Shown here: piece after piece, positions 20,006 to 27,818 of the stretch
Layout: each line of letters starts with the position of its first letter
How positions within the stretch are numbered: position 1 is the stretch's first letter
Assembly (NCBI GenBank): GCA_964493665.1
Contig: CAZBOZ010000001.1
Coordinates: 24,591-88,590 of the forward strand
DNA length: 64,000 nt
Origin: an uncultured Muribaculaceae bacterium
GTDB taxonomy: Bacteria > Bacillota_I > Bacilli_A > RF39 > UBA660
Reading direction: 5' to 3'
Position numbers and translations under genes: made by a program
The notes under the pieces: generated by a model
The model's input: only the letters and a program-made list of their open reading frames with translations
Databases searched by the model: none
What the model was told of the DNA's origin: nothing

Positions 20006-20794
20006 ATGAAAATTAAAAACAAAAAAATAATTGTTACAGGAGCTGGCAGTGGAATTGGTAGAGATTTAACAAAGGAGTTAATAGCAAAGGGAGCTTATGT
20101 TGTTGCTCTTGATATTAATAAAGAAAATTTAGATAAATTATCTTCGGAATTAAATAGTAATAATCTATCTATCTATAAAGTAGATGTTTCTAATCAAGAC
20201 GAACTAAATAAATTCAAATCTTTATATATGGAAAAAGAAAGAGAAATAGATGGTTTAATAAACAATGCGGGAATTATTCAACCTTTTATTAATGTTGAAA
20301 ACATAACCGATGAAATTATAAATAAAGTAATAAATATTAATTTTTTTGGACCTCTTTATTTAACAAAGCTTTTTTTACCAGAACTTTTAAAAAGAAAAGA
20401 AGCTCATATAACAAATATATCAAGTATGGGAGGTTTTTTTCCATTCCCTGGACAAACTATATATGGAGCTTCGAAAGCAGCCTTAAAACTGTTTACAGAA
20501 GGCTTATATGCTGAGCTTTTAAATACCAACATTAAAGTAATGGTAGTATTCCCTGGAGCAGTTGCTACTAATATAGCAAAAAATTCTAATGTTGAAATAG
20601 CTGGTGGTGAAGGATATAAATCGTTATCTTCTTTGAAAGCAGCTCAAACAATAATAAAAGGAATTGAAAAAGATAAGTTCCAGCTATTTGTTGGTCAAGA
20701 TTCTAAAATGATGAATTTTATGTATAAAATGAATGCTAAAAAAGCCATTAATTATATAAATAAAATGATGAATAAAGCTATGTCTAAAAAATAA
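20006..20794 (+). CDS. SDR family oxidoreductase
   Basis: TGAGSGIGR Rossmann motif, NNAG, and a YGASK catalytic Tyr/Lys. Confidence 0.85.
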   Translation: MKIKNKKIIVTGAGSGIGRDLTKELIAKGAYVVALDINKENLDKLSSELNSNNLSIYKVDVSNQDELNKFKSLYMEKEREIDGLINNAGIIQPFINVENITDEIINKVININFFGPLYLTKLFLPELLKRKEAHITNISSMGGFFPFPGQTIYGASKAALKLFTEGLYAELLNTNIKVMVVFPGAVATNIAKNSNVEIAGGEGYKSLSSLKAAQTIIKGIEKDKFQLFVGQDSKMMNFMYKMNAKKAINYINKMMNKAMSKK

Positions 20795-20841
20795 TTGTCT
20801 TAGCTTTTAAATAATGATACAATAAGGTTACAAGTAAGGAA

Positions 20842-21099
20842 GTGAATACTATGGATAAAACAATGATGTTTAATATTAAAGAAATCGAAGAAGCTTATAT
20901 CCATGAAACTTTGCTTGAAGTATATGATGCTTTAAAAGAAAGAGGATATAATCCAACTAACCAATTAGTAGGATATTTAATTAGTGGTGATCCAGGATAT
21001 ATTTCTAGCTATAAAAATTCTCGAAACAAAATATGTAAACTTGATAGAGTAGAAATATTAGAAATACTAGTTAATGGCTATATGAAAAATAAAAAATGA
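20842..21099 (+). CDS. ireB: IreB family regulatory phosphoprotein (UPF0297)
   Basis: GYNPTNQLVGYLISGDPGYISSYKNSRN matches the UPF0297 core. It lies upstream of ruvX as in Bacilli. Confidence 0.75.
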   Translation: MNTMDKTMMFNIKEIEEAYIHETLLEVYDALKERGYNPTNQLVGYLISGDPGYISSYKNSRNKICKLDRVEILEILVNGYMKNKK

Positions 21100-21506
21100 G
21101 AATATTAGGTTTAGATTTAGGAACCAAAACACTTGGACTAGCAATAAGTGATCGTCTTGGTTTGATTGCTAATCCTTATAAAACTATAAAATTTAACAAT
21201 AAAGAAGAACTGCTAATTAGTTTAGACGAAATTATAAATAAGGAGCAAATTACTAAAATTGTTTTAGGCAATCCGAAAAACATGAATAATTCTGAAACAA
21301 TTGCTTCTAAAAGATCAATTGATTTTAAAAACATTATAGAAAAAAGGTATAATTTAGAAGTTGTATTAGTAGATGAAAGATTATCTACACAAGAAGCTGA
21401 AAAAATACTTATTTCTGGTGATATGAGCCGTTCTAAAAGAAAAAATGTAATAGATAAAATGGCTGCTACAATAATACTTGCTAATTATTTAAATAGAAAA
21501 AGGTGA
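21096..21506 (+). CDS. ruvX: Holliday junction resolvase-like RuvX (YqgF)
   Basis: MRILGLDLGTKTLGLAISD RNase H-like N-terminus. Confidence 0.85.
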   Translation: MRILGLDLGTKTLGLAISDRLGLIANPYKTIKFNNKEELLISLDEIINKEQITKIVLGNPKNMNNSETIASKRSIDFKNIIEKRYNLEVVLVDERLSTQEAEKILISGDMSRSKRKNVIDKMAATIILANYLNRKR

Positions 21507-21510
21507 AACA

Positions 21511-21810
21511 ATGGAAGAAACCAAAAAAAACACGTTTCAAGTTATAAACGATGAAGGCAAAGAAGTAACTTGTGAAATACTGTTTACATTTGACTCTGAT
21601 GAAACTAAAAAAAGTTATATTGCTTATACCGATAACACTTTAGATGAGGTTGGTAATGTTAAGGTATATGCTTCAATATATGATAAAAATGGTGAATCAA
21701 AAGAACTGTTGCCAATTGAGAGTGAAAAAGAATGGCAAATAATTGAAAATATATTTAGTAAACTACAAGATAAAGTGGCTGAAACAGAGGAAGAGGACAC
21801 TGAAAATTAA
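21511..21810 (+). CDS. DUF1292 family protein (YrzB-like)
   Basis: The EILFTFDSDETKKSYIAYTD block and its conserved position after ruvX. Confidence 0.7.
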   Translation: MEETKKNTFQVINDEGKEVTCEILFTFDSDETKKSYIAYTDNTLDEVGNVKVYASIYDKNGESKELLPIESEKEWQIIENIFSKLQDKVAETEEEDTEN

Positions 21811-21812
21811 AT

Positions 21813-22859
21813 ATGAAAAAGATAGTTTTAAAGTTAACGATTCTTTTTTTATCTATAGGGATAATAGCTGTTGCTATCTTTTTATTTTTGCTTGGCCCAG
21901 TAGATAAAAATGGTAAAGCAATATATTTTAAAGTCGAGACGGGCAGTGCCACTAGAGAAGTTTTAAAGAATCTAAAAGAGAAAAATTTAATAAAAAGTGA
22001 ATTTGCATCTTTATTGTATGCTAAGATTCATCCTAATTATACAATTAAAGCCGGTACCTTTTCTTTATCTCCAGCTTATAGCACAGAAAAAATTTTTCAA
22101 CTCCTAAATGCTGGTGATACTATTGAAAAAGAAGGTGTAAATATAACTTTTGTTGAAGGTAAAAGACTTAGCTATTATGTTGATTTAATTAGTGATACCT
22201 TTAGCTATGAAAAAGAAGAAATATACAATGTTTTAAGTGATGAAGAATATTTACAAAGTCTTATAGATGATTATTGGTTTATAACCGATGAAATATTAGA
22301 TTCTAAGTTATATTATCCTTTGGAGGGTTATTTATACCCAGAAACATATAATTTTGCGACTGATTCAAGCATAAAAACGATTATTAATAAATTGATTTAC
22401 ACATTGGGTGAAAATCTAGAGCCTTATAAAGAGGAAATAGAAAATAGTAAATTTACTTTCCATCAAATACTATCATTAGCAAGTGATGTTGAAATAGAAG
22501 GAAATAATGAAACAGACCGTAAACTAATTGCTGGAGTCTTTTTAAGTAGACTAAGATTAGGTATGCAATTAGGTAGTGATGTTACTACTTACTATGCGGT
22601 AAAAAAAGATTTAAGTGAAAAACTATGGTATTATGATATAAGCTATGTTAGTGATTATAACACAAGGCTTACTAGTATGGCTGGTAAAATCAATATTGGC
22701 CCAATATGTAATCCTTCAATCATGTCTATAAAAGCCATATTGAATCCAACTAATAGTGACTATTTATATTTTTATGCAGATTGGCAAGGCGATGGCAAAG
22801 TATATTATAGTAAAACATATCAAGAACATTCAGCCATTGTTGCCAGTTTTGAAAGGTAG
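21813..22859 (+). CDS. mltG: endolytic murein transglycosylase MltG (YceG-like)
   Basis: N-terminal TM helix, a YceG domain with LASDVEIEGNNETDRKLIAGVF, and Bacilli synteny. Confidence 0.8.
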   Translation: MKKIVLKLTILFLSIGIIAVAIFLFLLGPVDKNGKAIYFKVETGSATREVLKNLKEKNLIKSEFASLLYAKIHPNYTIKAGTFSLSPAYSTEKIFQLLNAGDTIEKEGVNITFVEGKRLSYYVDLISDTFSYEKEEIYNVLSDEEYLQSLIDDYWFITDEILDSKLYYPLEGYLYPETYNFATDSSIKTIINKLIYTLGENLEPYKEEIENSKFTFHQILSLASDVEIEGNNETDRKLIAGVFLSRLRLGMQLGSDVTTYYAVKKDLSEKLWYYDISYVSDYNTRLTSMAGKINIGPICNPSIMSIKAILNPTNSDYLYFYADWQGDGKVYYSKTYQEHSAIVASFER

Positions 22860-22866
22860 ATGAAAA

Positions 22867-23454
22867 ATGAAAGAAATTTTAATGGAAATAGAAGATTATG
22901 CTAAAAATCACAATGTGCCAATAATTGCTAAAGACTCTATTGCTTTTATAATGAAATATATTAAATTAAATAAAATAAAAGAGATTTTAGAATTAGGCTC
23001 AGCAATTGGTTATTCGGCTATATTAATGGCTAGCGCTGATCCTGATACCAAAGTAACAACTATTGAAAAAAATGAAAATAGATATTTAGAATGTTTAAAT
23101 AATATAAAAAAGTGTAAGCTTGAAACAAAAATAAATGTGGTTTTTCAAGATGCTTTAGATTTAAATTTAATTGGTGTATCATATGATTTGATTTTTATTG
23201 ATGCTGCGAAAAGCGATTATCTTAAATTATTTGAAAAATATAAGTATTTTTTAAAACCAGGTGGGGTAATAATAACTGATAATATTAATTTTCATGGTTA
23301 TGTTGGTAATCAAAAAAACATTCAAGATGAAAATTTAAAAAGAATTGTTTCCAAAATAGAAGAATATATTGATTTTTTAGAAAATAATTCTGAATATAAA
23401 ACTGAATTTTTCCGTAATATTGGCGATGGTTTATCAATAAGTACCAAAAAATAA
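22867..23454 (+). CDS. class I SAM-dependent O-methyltransferase (YrrM/TrmR-like)
   Basis: ILELGSAIGYSA motif I and FIDAAK motif. It follows mltG as yrrM does in B. subtilis. Confidence 0.7.
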   Translation: MKEILMEIEDYAKNHNVPIIAKDSIAFIMKYIKLNKIKEILELGSAIGYSAILMASADPDTKVTTIEKNENRYLECLNNIKKCKLETKINVVFQDALDLNLIGVSYDLIFIDAAKSDYLKLFEKYKYFLKPGGVIITDNINFHGYVGNQKNIQDENLKRIVSKIEEYIDFLENNSEYKTEFFRNIGDGLSISTKK

Positions 23455-23543
23455 TAGGATTTTCCCATAATACAAAATGATTGACTTTTTAAGTGAAATA
23501 TAGTATTCTTAACTAGTTGATTTTTTATTGAGGTGAATTAAAA

Positions 23544-24014
23544 ATGACAGAAAAAAAAGAAATCTTCTTAACCCCTGAAGGGTTTTTAGAAATTGAAAAT
23601 GAATTAACTGATTTAAAGTTAAATAAACGTCCAGAAGTTATTCAGGCTTTACAAGAAGCTAGGGCTCTTGGCGACTTATCAGAAAATGCTGACTATGATG
23701 CAGCTCGTAATGAACAAGCAAAATTAGAAGCTAGAATAAAAGAACTAGATTATATGTTGGAACATGCCAAAATTGCCGAAAATCATAATACTAATACAGT
23801 TACAGTAGGTACTACTGTAACTATTGATTATGTTGATGATTCTGAATCAGTTGAATATAAAGTAGTAGGATCTTTAGAGGCCGATCCATTTAATAATAAA
23901 ATATCTAATGAATCACCAATAGGAAGTGCTATTATGAATCGTAAAGTTGGCGATGTTATATCGGTAGATAGTCCTAATGGTGCTTATAAAGTAAAGATTA
24001 CTAAAATCGCTTAA
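23544..24014 (+). CDS. greA: transcription elongation factor GreA
   Basis: Coiled-coil N-terminus with the acidic DLSENADYDAA tip, and a C-terminal FKBP-like domain. Confidence 0.9.
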   Translation: MTEKKEIFLTPEGFLEIENELTDLKLNKRPEVIQALQEARALGDLSENADYDAARNEQAKLEARIKELDYMLEHAKIAENHNTNTVTVGTTVTIDYVDDSESVEYKVVGSLEADPFNNKISNESPIGSAIMNRKVGDVISVDSPNGAYKVKITKIA

Positions 24015-24028
24015 AGGCGATTTTTTCT
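24004..24028 (+). terminator. terminator candidate
   Basis: aatcgc ttaaag gcgatt hairpin plus a T-run at the greA stop. Confidence 0.45.
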
Positions 24029-24081
24029 TGTATTAAAAGGCTTAATATATTATAATAAATAAGTCGTAAAGGAGAAACATT

Positions 24082-25326
24082 ATGAAGAATGTCAAAGAAA
24101 TAGAAATAGAGTTAAAAGGTAAAGAGTGGAAAGAAATTCTTGATGAAACCTTCAAAAAGAAAGTAAAAGAAATAAGGGTAGATGGTTTTAGAAAAGGTAG
24201 TGTGCCTAAAGAAGTTTATATTAAAAAATTTGGTATAGAATCACTTTATATGGATGCTACTGATGCTGCTTTACAAACGGCTTATAAAAAGTTATTAGAA
24301 GGTAACAAAATAGAGCCAGTAGTAGAACCTAGAGTAGATATAAAACATATTTGTGAAGAAGATGTTACATTTATATTTAAAATTATATCTCGTCCTAGTA
24401 TTAAATTGGGCGCTTATAAAGCTTTAAAAGTAAAAAAAGAAGAATCAAAAGTAACTAAAGAAGAAATAGATGCTGAAATAGAAGTGTTAAGAAATAAATT
24501 TGCTGAAATAGTAGTAAAGGAAGATGGTGAGGTGGCTGTTGGGAATACTGCGATAATTGATTTTGAAGGATTTGTTGATGGTAATCCTTTAGAAGGTGGT
24601 AGTGGGACAGATTTCCCTTTAGAAATAGGCAGTAATACTTTTATACCAGGATTTGAAGATGGTCTAGTTGGAATGAAAGTAGGGGAATCTAAAGAATTAA
24701 AACTAAAATTTCCTGAAAATTATACTGAGAGTTTAAAAAACAAAGAGGTTTTATTTAAAGTTACTATAAAAGAAATTAAAGATCGTGTTTTGCCAGAACT
24801 TAATAAAGATTTTTATGCAGATTTAGGTTATGAAAAAATAACTGATGAAAAGGGATTAAGAAAAGAAGTAGAAGAATCTTTAAAAGCAAGAAAAACAATT
24901 GATATAGAAAATATGTATATTGAAAATTTATTAGAAAAAGCTTCAAATAATATGAAAGTTGATATAAATCCAGAAATAGTTGAGGATGAAATTCATCGTA
25001 TGATACATCAATATGAAGATCAACTAAGGATGCAAGGAATATCTTTAAACCAGTATTTAGAATTTACTAAATCAAGTATGGAAGATTTAGAAAAAAATAT
25101 GAATCCAGAAGCGCTTAAAAGAATTAAATATCGTTACTTATTAGAAGAAATAGCTAAAAAAGAAAAAATTGAAATAACTGATGCTGATGCCAAAAAAGAA
25201 GCCAAGAAATTAGCTGAAAATTACAATTTAGAAGAAGCTGACTTTTTATCTAAATTTGGTGGCATAGAAATGGTAAAATATGACTTGCAAATGAGAAAAG
25301 CAATCGAAATTCTAAAGAACAATTAA
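24082..25326 (+). CDS. tig: trigger factor
   Basis: N-terminal ribosome-binding GFRKGSVPK motif, a central PPIase domain, and a C-terminal arm. Confidence 0.9.
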   Translation: MKNVKEIEIELKGKEWKEILDETFKKKVKEIRVDGFRKGSVPKEVYIKKFGIESLYMDATDAALQTAYKKLLEGNKIEPVVEPRVDIKHICEEDVTFIFKIISRPSIKLGAYKALKVKKEESKVTKEEIDAEIEVLRNKFAEIVVKEDGEVAVGNTAIIDFEGFVDGNPLEGGSGTDFPLEIGSNTFIPGFEDGLVGMKVGESKELKLKFPENYTESLKNKEVLFKVTIKEIKDRVLPELNKDFYADLGYEKITDEKGLRKEVEESLKARKTIDIENMYIENLLEKASNNMKVDINPEIVEDEIHRMIHQYEDQLRMQGISLNQYLEFTKSSMEDLEKNMNPEALKRIKYRYLLEEIAKKEKIEITDADAKKEAKKLAENYNLEEADFLSKFGGIEMVKYDLQMRKAIEILKNN

Positions 25327-25351
25327 ACTAGATAAAATATCTAGTTTTTTT
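25325..25351 (+). terminator. rho-independent terminator
   Basis: aaactagataaaatatctagttt hairpin plus a T-run. Confidence 0.55.
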
Positions 25352-25421
25352 ATACTCTTTTCTTTGACAATATATTTAAAAATGATTATAATAAAAATCA
25401 ATTACTTGTGGGAGGGATAAT

Positions 25422-27746
25422 ATGAAAAATAATTTACCAGTTATCTTACTAAAAGGTTTAATTGTCCTTCCATACCAAGAAGTTCGTTTAGAATTAAGTA
25501 ATGAAATAAGTTTAAGAGTTATAGATATATCAGCTTTAAGACATTTAAATCATATACTAATAGTATGTCCTAAAAACCAAATAGAAGAAAGCCCAGAAGT
25601 AAGTGATTTACCTAAAGTAGGGGTAATTGGTAAAATAAGAACTAAAATAGAACTTCCTAATGGTCATTTTAGAATTGTCATAGGTGGTTTAGAAAGAGTT
25701 AAAATTGATGAATATTATAATTATCATGGAGAGTTAGATGTTTTAGAAGCTACTGTAACCAAAATAGAACTTCCTAAGTTTAAAGAAGTAGAAGAAACCG
25801 CCAAAAAGAAGATGTTATTATCGGTTTTAACTAAATATATTAATAGTTCACCAAGTTTGTCTAATTATATTTTAGGGAATATTAAAAATGTTGAAAATTT
25901 AGATAAATTAACGGACATGATTACAACCTTTGTACCAATTTCTTTTGAAAAAAAACTAGAATATATGGCTGAATTAAATCCATTAAAAAGAGCTGATAAA
26001 TTAATAATTGATTTAAATATTGAACTAGAAATAATTGCTTTAGATAAAAAAATTGAAAAGGATTTAAAAAAAGGATTAGAAGCAAGTCAAAAAGAATTTA
26101 TTTTAAAAGAAAAAATAAAAGAAATAAAAAAAGAACTTGGTGAAGATGATTATAAAGATAAAGAAGTATTAAGTTTTATAGAAAAACTTAATAATTTAAA
26201 TATTGATTCTAAAATAAAAGCCAAGTTTAATTCCGAAATAACTAAATATGAATTAAGCTCTTTAAATAGTCCAGAAACAGGGATAATTAGAAATTATTTA
26301 GATACAGTATTAAATTTACCTTGGAATAATTTTAGTGTTGATGAAACTAATTTAAACAAAATTACTAAATCTTTAGATAAAACTCATTTTGGTCTAGAAA
26401 AAATAAAAACCAGAATAATAGAATATATTGCTGTTAAAAAGCGTAATAAAGATATAATAAGCCCTATAATATGTTTGGTAGGACCTCCAGGAGTAGGAAA
26501 GACCACATTAGCTATTTCGATTGCTAAAGCTTTAAACAAAGAGTTTTACAAAATAAGCGTTGGAGGTTTAAACGACTCTAATGAATTAACTGGTCACAGA
26601 AGAACTTATTTAGGAGCTAATCTTGGTAAAATAATGCAAGGTATAAAAAAATGTAATACTAAAAACCCTTTAATATTAATTGATGAAGTAGATAAAATGG
26701 TTAAAGATTTTAAGGGAGATCCTGCTAGTACTTTATTAGATATTTTGGATACAAGCCAAAATAATATGTTTGTTGATAATTATGTAGAAGAACCCTTTGA
26801 TCTTAGCCAAGTTTTATTTATTTTAACAGCCAATAACGAAGAAGCTATTCCTTTTGAGCTAAAAGATCGTTTGGAAATTATAAATCTTAATTCTTATACT
26901 GAATTAGATAAATTAAATATTGCTAAATATTATTTAATGCCCAAAATATATAAAGATCATTTAGTAAGTGATAAAGAAATTACATTTAAAGATAGTATAA
27001 TCTTAAATATTATTAATAACTATACTTTGGAAGCAGGAGTAAGAGAATTAGAAAGAGAATTAAGTGCCCTTGTTAGAAAAATTATTACGGAAAATGATAA
27101 AACTAAAAGTAAATTAAAAATAAATATTACTAAAACATCATTATTAAAACATTTAGGATTACCTAAATATGAAAAAGAACTTAATAAAATTGAAAAACCA
27201 GGCATTATTAATGGATTGGCTTATACTCCTTTTGGAGGAGTTGTAACTCAAATAGAGTGTTCTTCTTATCCGGGTAATGGTAATATTAAATATACAGGCC
27301 AGCTAGGAGAAGTTATGCAAGAAAGCATTGATGTGGCTCTTAGTTATATAAAAGCAAATAGTAAATATTTTGAAATATCTGAAAAAAAACTACAAGAATT
27401 AGATTTTCATATTCATCTTTTAGAAGCATCAGTAAAAAAAGATGGACCAAGTTCAGGTATAGCTATTGTTACAGCCATTTTAAGTAATATATTAAACAAA
27501 AAAGTAAGCAATAATATATCTATGACTGGAGAAATTTCTTTATCAGGTAATATTCTAAAAATAGGGGGTCTTAAAGAAAAATCTATTGGGGCTTATAATG
27601 CTGGAATTAATAAAATTTATATTCCTTATACTAACAAAAATGATTTAGAAGATATTCCTAATTTAATTAAAACAAAAATAGAATTTATTTTAGTAAAAGA
27701 TTACAAAGAAATATATAAAGATATTTTTAATCCAAAAACCATTTAA
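25422..27746 (+). CDS. lon: ATP-dependent Lon protease
   Basis: LON N-domain, AAA+ Walker A GPPGVGKTT, and an S16 proteolytic domain with DGPSSGIAIVTA (Ser) and a Lys dyad. Confidence 0.9.
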   Translation: MKNNLPVILLKGLIVLPYQEVRLELSNEISLRVIDISALRHLNHILIVCPKNQIEESPEVSDLPKVGVIGKIRTKIELPNGHFRIVIGGLERVKIDEYYNYHGELDVLEATVTKIELPKFKEVEETAKKKMLLSVLTKYINSSPSLSNYILGNIKNVENLDKLTDMITTFVPISFEKKLEYMAELNPLKRADKLIIDLNIELEIIALDKKIEKDLKKGLEASQKEFILKEKIKEIKKELGEDDYKDKEVLSFIEKLNNLNIDSKIKAKFNSEITKYELSSLNSPETGIIRNYLDTVLNLPWNNFSVDETNLNKITKSLDKTHFGLEKIKTRIIEYIAVKKRNKDIISPIICLVGPPGVGKTTLAISIAKALNKEFYKISVGGLNDSNELTGHRRTYLGANLGKIMQGIKKCNTKNPLILIDEVDKMVKDFKGDPASTLLDILDTSQNNMFVDNYVEEPFDLSQVLFILTANNEEAIPFELKDRLEIINLNSYTELDKLNIAKYYLMPKIYKDHLVSDKEITFKDSIILNIINNYTLEAGVRELERELSALVRKIITENDKTKSKLKINITKTSLLKHLGLPKYEKELNKIEKPGIINGLAYTPFGGVVTQIECSSYPGNGNIKYTGQLGEVMQESIDVALSYIKANSKYFEISEKKLQELDFHIHLLEASVKKDGPSSGIAIVTAILSNILNKKVSNNISMTGEISLSGNILKIGGLKEKSIGAYNAGINKIYIPYTNKNDLEDIPNLIKTKIEFILVKDYKEIYKDIFNPKTI

Positions 27747-27762
27747 AATGGTTTTTTCTTTT
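27735..27762 (+). terminator. rho-independent terminator
   Basis: aaaaccatttaaaatggtttt hairpin overlapping the lon stop, followed by a T-run. Confidence 0.55.
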
Positions 27763-27818
27763 ACTTGAAGTTATTTAAATATTTTATTATAATAATTTTA
27801 TAAGATAGGTGAGTAGTC